Of a stretch of DNA of 49,386 nt, positions 16,180 to 26,336 are shown piece after piece. The translations under genes and the position numbers were made by a program. A model generated the notes under the pieces. The model did not search any database, was not told where the DNA came from, and saw nothing but the letters and a program-made list of their open reading frames with translations. The DNA is from Spirochaetaceae bacterium (GTDB lineage: Bacteria; Spirochaetota; Spirochaetia; DSM-27196; SLAA01), in contig PUOW01000362.1 in the NCBI GenBank assembly GCA_003552185.1, forward strand, positions 1 through 49,386, in the 5' to 3' direction. The first letter of the stretch is position 1. Each line of letters starts with the position of its first letter.

Positions 16180-17663
16180 TGGAACACCTCGATACGCGCG
16201 AGTCACAGGACGATTCGAGGGGCGCCGGGGGGCGGGGAGCCGAGGCCGGAAGTGACGAGGCCGGAGGCGCCGAGTTGCTCCGGTTTCTCTCGTCTTCGCC
16301 GACACCGTACCACGCCGCGGCCGGGGCAGCCGCGCGTTTGCGTGAGCACGGCTTCGCCGAGATAGACGAAACCGAGCGTTGGCGGTTGGAGCCGGGAAGG
16401 GCTTATGCGCTGCAGCGGGCGGGGTCCGCTATCGTCGCGTTTCGAGTGGGTACCGGCGCCCCGGCCGACAGCGGCTTTCGTATTCTGGCCGCGCACCTCG
16501 ATAGCCCTGCGCTGAAGCTCAAGGTTCGCGGTACCGAGCGTTTCCACGATCTCCTGCGAGTGCCGGTTGAGGTCTATGGTGGACCAATTCTTTCCACCTG
16601 GCTCGACCGCGATCTCGGAATCGCCGGCAGGCTCATGGTGCGCTCGCGTCAGGCTCATGGCGACGCGGATCACTCGGTAGAGTCGGTTTTGGTGCGCACC
16701 GACGAACCGGTCGCGATTATTCCGAACCTGGCGATACATCTTAATCGCGAGTTGAACAAAGGCTTTGAGTACAACCCGCAGGATCATCTCGCCGCTTTGG
16801 TAAATCCTGCGCGAATCGCGAAGGACTCGTGTGACCCTCCGGAGCGGGCTGAGTCCTCGACAGGCTCACAGGGGAGAGAGCGCGCGGGTTCGCAGGAACG
16901 CGCGAGCCGAGAGCTATCTCGTTTTCCGAAGGCCGCCGCAGCGCTGGTGGGTGAACTCGCGGAAAACGCAGCGGTAGAGCTCGAGCGGGTGCTCAGCTGG
17001 GACCTTATGCTCTGGGACACCTCCGCGGCTACGACGCTCGGTTCGGGGGAGAGGCTGTACGCCGGAGGCAGGCTCGATAACCTCGTGGGAGCCTGGTCGG
17101 CGCTCGAGGCGCTTGTAGAGGCCGAGCCCGGCGAGGCCACGCAGGTTGTGGTATTGTTCGACGCCGAGGAGATCGGCAGCAAGGCCGGCCCGGGGGCCGA
17201 TTCGTCGTTTCTCGAGGGCGTGCTCGGCCGCATCGTAACCGCGCTTGGGGGCGATTCCGAAGACTACTATCGGGCGGCGGCACGTTCGCTTCTGGTTTCA
17301 AACGATGCCGCGCACGCGCTGCATCCGGGGTACGCGGCAAAGTATGACGGCGATTACGCCCCGGTTCTCGGCGGCGGCCCCGCGATCAAGCTCAACGCCA
17401 AACTCCGTTACGCCACCTCCACCTCTGGCGCGGCTCGTGTGGAGGCGGCCGCCGAGCAAGCCGGGGTGCCGCTTCAGTACCTTGCGGTGCGCTCGGACAT
17501 GCGCTCGGGCTCCACGATCGGACCGTTCGGTTGGGCGCGAACCGGTATCGACCCGGTCGATATCGGGGTGCCGATTATTGCGATGCATAGCATTCGCGAG
17601 ACGGGAGACCTCCGCGACGCGCATGCGTTGGTGGCGCTTCAACGCCGGCTGCTCGAAATGTGA
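16176..17663 (+). CDS. M18 family (aspartyl) aminopeptidase
   Basis: SPTPYHA, DSPALKLK, LDNLVGAW, HALHPGY and IIAMHSIRE motifs. GTGATG start region overlaps the upstream stop. There is an apparent Ser/Arg/Glu-rich low-complexity insert around nt 16790-16930. Confidence 0.85.
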   Translation: MMEHLDTRESQDDSRGAGGRGAEAGSDEAGGAELLRFLSSSPTPYHAAAGAAARLREHGFAEIDETERWRLEPGRAYALQRAGSAIVAFRVGTGAPADSGFRILAAHLDSPALKLKVRGTERFHDLLRVPVEVYGGPILSTWLDRDLGIAGRLMVRSRQAHGDADHSVESVLVRTDEPVAIIPNLAIHLNRELNKGFEYNPQDHLAALVNPARIAKDSCDPPERAESSTGSQGRERAGSQERASRELSRFPKAAAALVGELAENAAVELERVLSWDLMLWDTSAATTLGSGERLYAGGRLDNLVGAWSALEALVEAEPGEATQVVVLFDAEEIGSKAGPGADSSFLEGVLGRIVTALGGDSEDYYRAAARSLLVSNDAAHALHPGYAAKYDGDYAPVLGGGPAIKLNAKLRYATSTSGAARVEAAAEQAGVPLQYLAVRSDMRSGSTIGPFGWARTGIDPVDIGVPIIAMHSIRETGDLRDAHALVALQRRLLEM

Positions 17664-17987
17664 TCAAAGCCCCGTGAACGAGAGCACGAACACCGCGGCC
17701 AGGCCGAGTCCTACCGTAACCGCGACGTTGCGGGTCTTCCAGGCCACGAGCGCGGTGAACACTCCGGCGACAAGATAATGATTGCCGAGGTGCAGCGCGA
17801 GCGTGTCGTCCTGAATCAGAAGAGTGGGGAGAATCAGCGCCACCAAAACGCCGACCGGAACGTAGCGGACAGCGCGTCGCAACCACGCAGGCATCCCGGT
17901 GAGGCGCAGCACCGCAAACGAGGTGACGCGCGTCGCGTAGGTGACGGCACCCATCCCGAGAATAAGCAACACGACCTCAGCTCGCAT
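17664..17987 (-). CDS. azlD: AzlD-type branched-chain amino acid transport accessory protein
   Basis: Start moved to ATG 17987 (MRAEVVLLILGMGAVTYATR). About 107 aa, four hydrophobic helices. 11-nt overlap with azlC. Confidence 0.7.
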   Translation of the reverse strand: MRAEVVLLILGMGAVTYATRVTSFAVLRLTGMPAWLRRAVRYVPVGVLVALILPTLLIQDDTLALHLGNHYLVAGVFTALVAWKTRNVAVTVGLGLAAVFVLSFTGL

Positions 17988-18789
17988 CGCCGCGCCTCTC
18001 GTAGTAGGTTTCGAGCACCGTTCCGGTAGCGGCCGAGGCAATGCCCGCGATCGCGATGTACCAATGACCCTCGAGGTAGAGCGCCCCGATCACCGCCGCG
18101 ACCGCGCCGACCACGGCGGCGGCTCGCCCGGTGGCGGTTTGTAGAAACGGCACAACCAAAACCATAAAGGTTGCCGGCATCACGAACTCTATCGGAAGCG
18201 CGAACGGGTCCTCGATCAGTCCTCCGATCGCGATTCCTACGCCGGTAACGGTGAACCATCCGCAGAAAAACAACAGCCCGACCGCAAGATAGTAGCGAAA
18301 ACTGAATCCGGCGCGCTCAACGCGATTGATCGTCAACGCGAAGCTCTCGTCGATCATGAAAAACGCGATCAGCGCCTGACGCGGCATCGAGAAGCGTTCG
18401 AGATGCGGAGCCAATGTTGCGCCCATGAGTACGTGCCGCAGGTTCACGAGCAGCGTTGCCACCATCAGCACGCCGACCGCGGTTACGCCCTCGTTCAGAA
18501 TACTCACCGCGATCATCTGGGACGCACCGGCAAAAACCGTGGCCGACATCAGCAGCAGCTCACCCGCGGTTAAGCCCGCCGCGCGCCCAACGATCGCGTA
18601 CGCAAGACCGAACGGAACGATCCCGAGCATAATCGGCAACACCGCGGGCGCGGCCTCCTTCAGGGCTTCGGCGGGGGTGATATCAGGTGCTTTCTCGTGG
18701 CCGCGATCCGAGTTACGGCTATCTGCGGTTGTTTGAGTACTCGTCATGGATACATCGCGTTTCGGAGTGGGCTGAGATCGGCTCATCAT
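17977..18789 (-). CDS. azlC: AzlC family branched-chain amino acid permease
   Basis: Polytopic protein with an AzlC-like FAGASQM motif, immediately upstream of azlD. The true start could be the internal ATG at 18747. Confidence 0.8.
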   Translation of the reverse strand: MMSRSQPTPKRDVSMTSTQTTADSRNSDRGHEKAPDITPAEALKEAAPAVLPIMLGIVPFGLAYAIVGRAAGLTAGELLLMSATVFAGASQMIAVSILNEGVTAVGVLMVATLLVNLRHVLMGATLAPHLERFSMPRQALIAFFMIDESFALTINRVERAGFSFRYYLAVGLLFFCGWFTVTGVGIAIGGLIEDPFALPIEFVMPATFMVLVVPFLQTATGRAAAVVGAVAAVIGALYLEGHWYIAIAGIASAATGTVLETYYERRGDAS

Positions 18790-18952
18790 CGCCGATTTCG
18801 CCTCGGATGATCAAGAGTGCGTCTCGAGAGTGTCGCCGTCTGTCACCGCGTCTTCGATAGCGTCACGCCGTTGCGGTAGACCTCCGAAAGCCTTTGCGGT
18901 ATCGTGGCAGGGGCGTCGGGGCTACGGAGCAGAGCGGCGCGGTTTGGACGGT

Positions 18953-20173
18953 ATGAAGCAATACGAACTCGATTTCAACCGGCTCGCCGAAGCCGGGCCC
19001 GACGACGCTCGCGCCGACGCAGGCGGCGGAAGGGAGCAGACCGGTGGCGAGGGGCTTGAACCGGCAGTCCCGGGAGACGACACGCCGGGCTACCTTAGTG
19101 AACAGCTGATCACCTATATCGGGAACAAGCGCTCGCTCCTACCGCTGATAGCCCGCGGGGTGGATGCCGCGATGCGTCGGCTTGCGGTGGCCGAGCCCGT
19201 TATGGCCGATCTCTTCTCGGGTTCCGGTGTCGTGGCTCGTTTGTTCAAACGGTACGCCGGAGCGCTAATCGTAAACGATCTTGAACCGTACGCCGAGATA
19301 ATTAACCGTTGTTACCTCGCGAATCGCGACGAGCTCGACGAGCGCGAACTACGCTCGGCCTATGAGGAGCTGCGCACGCAGCTCGGCCGCGGACTCGACC
19401 GCGACGGCATTATCGCGTCGCGCTACGCGCCGCAGGACGACAGCGCAATTCGGGCCGGGGAGCGCGTGTTCTACACCACGCGCAACGCGCGGTATCTCGA
19501 CACCGCCCGTCGGCTCATAGGCGAGCTGCCGAACCGGCTTCAGCCGCTGCTCCTCGGGCCGTTGTTGTCCGAGGCCTCGGTTCACGCCAACACCGCAGGG
19601 GTGTTCAAAGGGTTCTACAAGGACCGTGAAACCGGTATCGGCCGGTTCGGCGGCACCAACGGCGACGCGGTCACGCGCATAACCGGTGATATTGAGTTGC
19701 GACTTCCGCTTCTGAGCCGCTATTCGCGGCCGGTGGAGGTTTATCGTGACGACGCCAACACGGTGGTGGGCAGTTTGCCGGAGCTCGATATCGCGTATCT
19801 CGACCCACCGTACAACCAACACCCGTACGGCTCGAACTACTTCATGCTGAACCTGCTCACCGAGTATCGAGAGCCGCAGAGAATCAGCCGAGTCTCGGGC
19901 ATTCCCGACGATTGGCGGCGCTCGGCGTATAACTCCCGCGCGCGTGCGCTTTCGGCGCTCACGGACCTTACGGAGCGCACCCCTGCGAAGGTAATCCTGA
20001 TCTCGTTTAACTCCGAGGGCTTCATAACACACGACGAGCTCAAAACGATGCTCTCGCGCTTTGGTCGGCTCGAGGTGTTCGCGCAGCGCTACAACACGTT
20101 TCGAGGCAGCAGGAATCTCAGAAACCGCTCGATCCACGTCACCGAGTATCTGTTTCTGTTGGAACGCCGGTGA
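18953..20173 (+). CDS. N6-adenine DNA methyltransferase, D12 class (Dam / T4 Dam-like organisation)
   Basis: Start moved to ATG 18953. YIGNKRSLLP, then DLFSGSG (AdoMet motif I), then YLDPPY (motif IV) about 190 aa later. The order and motifs match T4 Dam-type enzymes. Confidence 0.8.
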   Translation: MKQYELDFNRLAEAGPDDARADAGGGREQTGGEGLEPAVPGDDTPGYLSEQLITYIGNKRSLLPLIARGVDAAMRRLAVAEPVMADLFSGSGVVARLFKRYAGALIVNDLEPYAEIINRCYLANRDELDERELRSAYEELRTQLGRGLDRDGIIASRYAPQDDSAIRAGERVFYTTRNARYLDTARRLIGELPNRLQPLLLGPLLSEASVHANTAGVFKGFYKDRETGIGRFGGTNGDAVTRITGDIELRLPLLSRYSRPVEVYRDDANTVVGSLPELDIAYLDPPYNQHPYGSNYFMLNLLTEYREPQRISRVSGIPDDWRRSAYNSRARALSALTDLTERTPAKVILISFNSEGFITHDELKTMLSRFGRLEVFAQRYNTFRGSRNLRNRSIHVTEYLFLLERR

Positions 20174-20273
20174 GCGTCCCGGCTGTGGCCGGCAGCGGTT
20201 TACCGCCTGCTTCAGGCCGCCGGCTCCCGCCGGCGCCGCGTTGACCGTTACCGGCCGCCGGCTTCAGCCCGGC

Positions 20274-20294
20274 GGCGCCCGGCGCCCGGCGCCA
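20274..20294. repeat. heptamer tandem repeat GGCGCCC x2 plus GGCGCCA
   Basis: Lies in the convergent spacer between the methyltransferase gene and glgX. Confidence 0.8.
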
Positions 20295-20321
20295 AGCGCC
20301 CGCCGCCCGGGCACAGCTCGC

Positions 20322-22430
20322 TTAACCGGTCTTCCGCAGCAGTTGAAGCGAGCGGCCCTCGACCGCGACCGGGCTACGCGCCGCGATCGGCGTCACATCG
20401 TCGTCTATGAAGCCGCCGCGCGCGGTGTCGAGAAGCGGCTCCCAGTACTTTGCCCAGCGCTTTGCCGGAAGCGAGAACTCGATCGGCTCCCAGTGCGCGT
20501 TCAGCAACAGCAGAAAGGTCTCGTCGGTCATGCGCTGTCCAAATATGTTGGTTCCCGGAAGCGAATGCCCGTTTAGGTAGATACCGATGACCTTCGCGTA
20601 GCCTTGGTTCCAGTGCCGTTCGGCCATCGGCTTGCCGGTGGGCGTAAGCCAAGCGATATCCTGGAGTCCTTTCCCATGAATTGGGCGTCCTTGGAACCAG
20701 CGTCGGCGGCGGAAGACCGGATGAGACGCGCGGAACTGAATCAAGCGCGAGGTGAACTCCAAGAGGTCCTCGTCGATATTGTTCCAGTCGAACCAGGAGA
20801 GTTCGTTGTCCTGGCAGTAGGTGTTGTTGTTGCCGTGTTGCGTTCGGCCGAGCTCGTCGCCGCCGAGCAGCATCGGGATGCCTTGCGAAAGGAACAGCGT
20901 GACGAGAAAATTGCGCTTCTGCCGCGCGCGCAGCTCGTTGATCTCCGGGTCGTCGGTAGGGCCCTCTACCCCGCAGTTCCAGGAACGGTTGTGGCTTTCG
21001 CCGTCGCGGCCGTTCTCGCCGTTGTCCTCGTTGTGCTTTTCGTTGTACGACACGAGATCGTGCAGCGTGAAACCGTCGTGCGCGGTAATGAAGTTGATAC
21101 TCGCGTACGGCCTCCGGCTGCTACTTTCGTACAGGTCGGAGCTGCCGGTGAAGCGAGTAGCGAACTCGCCCAAGGTTTGGTCCTCGCCGCGCCAGTAGTC
21201 GCGGACGGTATCTCGATACTTACCGTTCCACTCGGCCCAGCCCGGCGGAAAGTTGCCGACCTGATAGCCGCCTTCGCCGACGTCCCACGGCTCGGCGATA
21301 AGCTTGGCCTCACGGATCACCGGGTCCTGGTGGATGATATCGAAGAAGGCCGACAGTCGGTCGACGTCGTGAAGCTCGCGCGCAAGCGTGGAGGCGAGGT
21401 CGAATCGAAACCCGTCGACATGCATTTCCTCTATCCAGTAGCGAAGCGAGTCCATGATCAGCTGCAGCACATGTGGATGGCGCATATTGAGGCTGTTGCC
21501 GGTGCCGGTATAATCCATATAGTACTGCGGATCGTCGGCCATGAGGCGGTAGTATGCAGCGTTGTCGAGTCCTTTGAACGACAGTACCGGGCCTAGGTGG
21601 TTCCCTTCGGCGGTGTGGTTGTACACAACGTCGAGGAACACCTCTATCCCGGCTTGGTGCAACGCCTTGACCATGTTTTTGAACTCCGCTACCTGCGCCC
21701 CCGGGCGCTTATCGGCGGCGTACTCGCTGTGCGGCGCAAAGAAACCGATGCTGTTGTATCCCCAGTAGTTTCTGAGTCCGCGCTCCACCAAGTGATTGTC
21801 GTGGATGAAGTGATGCACCGGCATGAGCTCGACCGCGTTGATTCCGAGGCTCTTGAAATGCTCGATCGCGGCCGGATGGCCGAGCGCGGCGTAGGTGCCG
21901 CGCAGCTCCGGCTCGATTCCCGGGTGCTGCACCGTAAAGCCCTTCACATGCGTCTCGTAGATCACGAGTTCGTGCTCAGGAATGTTGAGCCTTCGATCGC
22001 CCGACCACTCGAAGTGCGGTTGAGTGATGACTCCTTTCGGCATGTAGGGCGCGCTGTCGAGGTTGTTCGGCTCGCCGTTTGGATCGGCGAAGTGATACGG
22101 GAACACCGCTTCGTGCCACTCAACATTCCCGTGAACGGCGCGCGCGTACGGGTCGAGCAAAAGCTTGTTGCTGTTGCAGCGCGCACCTTCGTGCGGCGCC
22201 CACGGGCCGTGTACGCGGAACCCATAGCGCCGGCCCGGTTCAAGGTCCGGAAAGTAGCCGTGAAAGCAGTTCCCGGTTTCTTCGGGAAGCCGGATGCGCT
22301 CTTCGTTGTCGTTCTCGTCGAAGAGGCACAACTCCACCGATTTCGCGGCCTCGGAAAACACCGATACGTTCACTCCGGCGCCGTCGTAACGCACCCCTAG
22401 GGGGTACGACTCACCTGCCCATATTCGCAT
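20322..22430 (-). CDS. glgX: glycogen debranching enzyme
   Basis: 702 aa. N-terminal YPLGVRYDGAGVNVSVFS, catalytic GFRFDLAS, and EPWD and NFITAHDGFTL motifs. Confidence 0.9.
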   Translation of the reverse strand: MRIWAGESYPLGVRYDGAGVNVSVFSEAAKSVELCLFDENDNEERIRLPEETGNCFHGYFPDLEPGRRYGFRVHGPWAPHEGARCNSNKLLLDPYARAVHGNVEWHEAVFPYHFADPNGEPNNLDSAPYMPKGVITQPHFEWSGDRRLNIPEHELVIYETHVKGFTVQHPGIEPELRGTYAALGHPAAIEHFKSLGINAVELMPVHHFIHDNHLVERGLRNYWGYNSIGFFAPHSEYAADKRPGAQVAEFKNMVKALHQAGIEVFLDVVYNHTAEGNHLGPVLSFKGLDNAAYYRLMADDPQYYMDYTGTGNSLNMRHPHVLQLIMDSLRYWIEEMHVDGFRFDLASTLARELHDVDRLSAFFDIIHQDPVIREAKLIAEPWDVGEGGYQVGNFPPGWAEWNGKYRDTVRDYWRGEDQTLGEFATRFTGSSDLYESSSRRPYASINFITAHDGFTLHDLVSYNEKHNEDNGENGRDGESHNRSWNCGVEGPTDDPEINELRARQKRNFLVTLFLSQGIPMLLGGDELGRTQHGNNNTYCQDNELSWFDWNNIDEDLLEFTSRLIQFRASHPVFRRRRWFQGRPIHGKGLQDIAWLTPTGKPMAERHWNQGYAKVIGIYLNGHSLPGTNIFGQRMTDETFLLLLNAHWEPIEFSLPAKRWAKYWEPLLDTARGGFIDDDVTPIAARSPVAVEGRSLQLLRKTG

Positions 22431-22436
22431 TATTCC

Positions 22437-22967
22437 TCACTCGCGACTAAGATGCGCAAAGATTTCGCCCGCAAACGACGCGAGGCGATGTTCGTCTATT
22501 CGGTCGAGGTCGTTCTCAGTTTTCGCGAAGCGCGTCATCACAACGCGGTCGACGAACTTCAGTTTCGCGAGTTCAATTCTGCCGCCCAAGTTCGCCAAGC
22601 TTGCCGCGTGCGTAACCAGCCACTGCGGATACGCCTTCGAGAGCTGTTCTCGCGCCCGCTCGTCTTGGTAGAGGCAGGAGATGAACAGCCCAACCTCGCG
22701 GGCAAGCAAGGCCTCGCGATTACGTTCGCAGAAGCGACGCAACGCTCGCGGGAGTCGCCCGGCGTAGACGGCTCCGCCGAGCACCACCATACGTGTGGCA
22801 CCCAGATGCTCGGCGGTCAGCTCTTGAACCGGGACGCAGCGCGTCTCCAACGTGCGCGGACGATCCACGTTTTGCTCGGCCAATGCGCGGACTTCGTGTT
22901 CCAACCGCGCGGCAAGCTCGGCGGTAGTGCCGTACTTTCCGGCATACCCGATAGTAAGATCGGTCAT
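22437..22967 (-). CDS. flavodoxin-domain protein (HemG-like)
   Basis: Start moved to ATG 22967 after GGGGGAAG. GYAGKYGTTAELA flavodoxin-like N-terminus. Lies 6 nt upstream of glgX. Confidence 0.55.
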   Translation of the reverse strand: MTDLTIGYAGKYGTTAELAARLEHEVRALAEQNVDRPRTLETRCVPVQELTAEHLGATRMVVLGGAVYAGRLPRALRRFCERNREALLAREVGLFISCLYQDERAREQLSKAYPQWLVTHAASLANLGGRIELAKLKFVDRVVMTRFAKTENDLDRIDEHRLASFAGEIFAHLSRE

Positions 22968-22986
22968 TTCTTCCCCCGCATTTCGG

Positions 22987-24075
22987 TTAGTCGCGATATC
23001 CGCTGAGAATAAACAACTCGGGCCGATATTCGAAGTGGATTGGGTCAAAAAAAAGCCATTTCCCGCCCCAAATAAATTCTTGCCGTTCAAACGCGTCTAC
23101 CACCGGCTGGGGTACCGCCCACCGGCGGTCGAGCGGAACGTCCCACCAATCTTCGATGCCTGCCTGCATCGCCCATCGCCAGTACCCGTACCTCCCTTGA
23201 TACGATCGCGGAATCAAGTCTATCGCGATGCCGTAGCTGTGATAGCTGCGCGACGCGGTGCCGGCGATCTCGCGCCAGGAGTAGCCGCCGGCGCTGCCCA
23301 GCGACTCAACGAAGCGCCGCACCTCGGCGTCGTTCGCCATGAGCTCGCGAATCTCGGCCTCCACGCGCTCAAGCGGCTCTACGACCATTGGGTGAACGCG
23401 TGTGCTGAGTCCAAGAAACCGAATACGCTCCATCTTTCGGTCGGCATCCCGGGCCGACGAGACGCCGTACAGCGCGTCGAGAAACCCGTTGTGCCGCACC
23501 GGCGGGTCGGCCTCGCGCTCGCGCATACGCCGTCGCAGCTGCTCGGCGCGCTCTTCGTCTATCTCGGGCAACTCCGCCGGGCCGGTGCGGTAGCGGTAGA
23601 GGCGTACCCCGGTGAACTCGTCGTACTCGTCTATCAGCTCGCGCGGCAGCATTCTGCCTTCCGAAAAGTAGTACCAGGTACCGTCTATGCGCGCCGCCCA
23701 TTGATCCTCGCGCACCGCTATCTCCTCGATGCGATCGGGGTAGGCCTCGGCGAGCGCGTGCATTTGGCGCCTGCCCGGCACTTCGTCTTCCTGCTCGTCA
23801 ACCGGAGCTATTGAGTATCTCGGCGGGTCGCCCTCTGCGTGGCTGCGCCCCTCGGCGTTTTCGGGCGAGGTGTCTTCGGCCGCCCCGTTCAGATCGGCTC
23901 TCGCCTCCGGCACGCCGGCATCGAGCGCGTACGGAATGAGGATCTGCGACAACCCTACAACCCATGCAAGCGTCAATGCGACCGCCAATACCGCAACAAG
24001 CTGTCGTGCGTAGCCGGGGCTTTTCATTCTGCCCGAATAATACCACCAAAGCGGTGCAATCACCAAATTCCGCAC
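22987..24075 (-). CDS. M15 family zinc D,D-peptidase with N-terminal membrane anchor
   Basis: SYHSYGIAIDL (HxxxxxxD) and WGGKW...DPIHFEY His motif. N-terminal hydrophobic helix. The start may be the internal ATG at 24027. Confidence 0.75.
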   Translation of the reverse strand: MRNLVIAPLWWYYSGRMKSPGYARQLVAVLAVALTLAWVVGLSQILIPYALDAGVPEARADLNGAAEDTSPENAEGRSHAEGDPPRYSIAPVDEQEDEVPGRRQMHALAEAYPDRIEEIAVREDQWAARIDGTWYYFSEGRMLPRELIDEYDEFTGVRLYRYRTGPAELPEIDEERAEQLRRRMREREADPPVRHNGFLDALYGVSSARDADRKMERIRFLGLSTRVHPMVVEPLERVEAEIRELMANDAEVRRFVESLGSAGGYSWREIAGTASRSYHSYGIAIDLIPRSYQGRYGYWRWAMQAGIEDWWDVPLDRRWAVPQPVVDAFERQEFIWGGKWLFFDPIHFEYRPELFILSGYRD

Positions 24076-24252
24076 GCAAGCGGTATGCCTGCCGAACGCG
24101 GTGTCCGGCGCACGCCCGGTTGTCGATCACGAACCCGGCGAAATCCTGCGAAATCCGGCGCAAGGTTTTCGTGGTGTTTTGTGGCGACCTATGCGATACT
24201 AAACGGTAATTCCGGCCTGACCTGGGCGCGAAAGCAAAGGATGACGAGGGGT

Positions 24253-24525
24253 ATGGAGAAGCGGATTTACGTCGGTAACTTGAGTTTCGGTACGCAGGAA
24301 GATACGCTGCGCGAGTTGTTCGAGCCGTACGGCGATGTCGAGTCGGTCAACATCATTACCGATCGGCAGACCGGTCGCTCGAAAGGGTTCGGGTTCGTTG
24401 AGATGGCCGACCCCCAGGCCGCGCGCGACGCGATCGCGGCGCTCGACGGTGGCGAGTTTGAAGGGCGCAACCTGCGAGTAAACGAAGCTCGGCCGCGCCC
24501 GGACAACCAAGACCGCCGGCATTAG
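24253..24525 (+). CDS. RRM-type RNA-binding protein
   Basis: Start at ATG 24253 after GAGGGG. RNP2 IYVGNL and RNP1 KGFGFVEM, with an Arg-rich tail. Confidence 0.85.
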   Translation: MEKRIYVGNLSFGTQEDTLRELFEPYGDVESVNIITDRQTGRSKGFGFVEMADPQAARDAIAALDGGEFEGRNLRVNEARPRPDNQDRRH

Positions 24526-24570
24526 AGCAAGCCGGTCGCGCAGCACGCGCGGACGGGCTCCCCAATCACT

Positions 24571-25644
24571 ATGAGTTTCTTTCCCATCGTGGACGCGCAC
24601 GAAGATCTCGCGTTTAACGGGTTGCTATATGGCCGCGACTATCGTCGCTCCGCCTACGCAATACGAAAAGACGAAGCAGCGGCAGTCTCGCGTGACGGGC
24701 GACGAGGTAGGTGCATGCTCGGCGTTCCGGAGCTTCTCGAGGCGAGGGTAGCGGTGGTGTTCGCGACCATCTACACTTTGCCGGCGACGCACGCCGAGAA
24801 GGGCGAGCGCGGCTACCACACCCCATCGGAAGCACGAGCCGAGGCTCTTCGGCAGTTCTCGCTGTACCAAAGCTGGATCGCCGAGGACGACCGCCTCGGC
24901 TGGGTTCGCAGCCGCAGCGAGCTCGAGGCCGTGCTTGAACGCCGGCATAACGGGCTTGAGCGGCAGGTCGGGGTCGTGTTACTGATCGAGAATGCGGACT
25001 GCGTGACGCAGCCTACCGAGGTGGCTGAATGGTACGAGCGCGGCGTGCGCATTATCGGCCCTGCGTGGCATCGCAACACCTATACCGGCAGCAGCGGCGA
25101 ACCCGGTCCGTTGACCGATGCCGGGCGAGCGTTGCTCTCGGAGATGGAGCGCGCGGGGTTTGCGCTCGATATCAGCCACATGGCGGACGAAGCGATGCGG
25201 GAAGCGCTCGATCGCTATCGCGGCCCGGTTTGCTCGAGCCATGCCAATCCGCGCGTGGTGGCCGACCGCCCGCGTCAGTTGCCGAGCTGGGCTCTCAAGG
25301 AACTCGGCCGGCGCGAGGGCGTTGCCGGCATCATGCCGGTGAACTGGGCTCTGAACTCTGAGTGGCAGTCGGAGCACGGCAAATCCGGCGTCGGGCTCGC
25401 GCGGGTCGCCGAGGCGGTGCAGGCTGCCGCCGAGATCGCCGGTGGGTATCGCTTCATCGGGATCGGAAGCGATTTTGACGGTGGCTTCGGAGCCGAGAGT
25501 TGCCCGGAAGGAATCGAAACCGTCGGCGACCTCCCTCGTATGGCGCAGGCGCTGTCGGAGGCGGGGGTGCCCGAGCCGGAAATCGGCGCGGTTATGGGAT
25601 CAAACTGGCTCGCGTGGCTCGAGAGGCTGCTTCCGGAGGAGTAA
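24571..25644 (+). CDS. membrane dipeptidase (peptidase M19)
   Basis: VDAHEDL, LDISHM, SSHANPR and IGIGSDFDG motifs. Confidence 0.85.
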   Translation: MSFFPIVDAHEDLAFNGLLYGRDYRRSAYAIRKDEAAAVSRDGRRGRCMLGVPELLEARVAVVFATIYTLPATHAEKGERGYHTPSEARAEALRQFSLYQSWIAEDDRLGWVRSRSELEAVLERRHNGLERQVGVVLLIENADCVTQPTEVAEWYERGVRIIGPAWHRNTYTGSSGEPGPLTDAGRALLSEMERAGFALDISHMADEAMREALDRYRGPVCSSHANPRVVADRPRQLPSWALKELGRREGVAGIMPVNWALNSEWQSEHGKSGVGLARVAEAVQAAAEIAGGYRFIGIGSDFDGGFGAESCPEGIETVGDLPRMAQALSEAGVPEPEIGAVMGSNWLAWLERLLPEE

Positions 25645-25645
25645 C

Positions 25646-26329
25646 ATGGCGTTCTTCAAACGACTACGACTGCAGCGCTGGGAACAGCACGCTCTGCGGC
25701 ATCTTGGCGCCGGACGTTACGAGCAGGCCGAGCAATACTTTAGGCTGATCTACGACGCTGTACCTGAAGGCGAAGGTGTGCGTTACAATATGGGGCTTGC
25801 GTGCTTTGCTCAAGGCAAGCACGACGAAGCCGAAGGCTACTTCCGGGAGGAGCTGAAGCGCTTCGGTGAAACCACTCACACTTTGAAGGCCTTATCGGAA
25901 CTGGCGTATCAAACCGGTCGGCGCGATGCGGCTCGCAAGTACCTCACGAAACTGCTACGTCACGTGGAAGGTGCCGAGTATGCGCTTATCGCCCGCCGCC
26001 TGACGATAGTCGAGGACGACGAGCGTTTCGAGAAAGCGGTCCGCGCTCAACAGGCGGTTTCGGACGCCGAGAACGCGCTTCTACGAAGCGACCTCGACAC
26101 GGCTCTCGCCGAGTACCGCCGCGCCGCCGAGCTCGACGACACGCAGTTTACCGCCCGGGCCGGGCTCGGTAAGATTCTCTACGAGTTTTACCAAGAGTTG
26201 CCGGAGGCGCTGCGGTGGTATCGCGAGGCGTACGAACTCGCGCCCGACCCGCGCTATGAGCAGCAGATCGAGCGTATCGAGAAAGCGCTCGACCGTGCAA
26301 AAGGGGCCGGCCGAAAAAGCCGAAGATAG
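25646..26329 (+). CDS. TPR-repeat protein
   Basis: Start at ATG 25646 after GGAGGAG, 1 nt past the upstream stop. Repeated A-x-x-Y/F-x-x-A helical hairpin pattern (YEQAEQYF, HDEAEGYF, ALRWYREAYEL). Confidence 0.6.
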   Translation: MAFFKRLRLQRWEQHALRHLGAGRYEQAEQYFRLIYDAVPEGEGVRYNMGLACFAQGKHDEAEGYFREELKRFGETTHTLKALSELAYQTGRRDAARKYLTKLLRHVEGAEYALIARRLTIVEDDERFEKAVRAQQAVSDAENALLRSDLDTALAEYRRAAELDDTQFTARAGLGKILYEFYQELPEALRWYREAYELAPDPRYEQQIERIEKALDRAKGAGRKSRR

Positions 26330-26336
26330 ACCACGC

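Noticed and set aside
18790-20321. Search for a restriction endonuclease or specificity gene partnering the methyltransferase
   Set aside because: The flanking spacers (18790-18952 and 20174-20321) hold no credible ORF, and the neighbours are azlC and glgX. No R-M system can be called from this window.
23839-24252. 138-codon upstream extension of the RRM-protein ORF
   Set aside because: It overlaps the M15 peptidase gene on the opposite strand and the intergenic region. The RRM proteins I know of are about 80-100 aa, and ATG 24253 has an SD.
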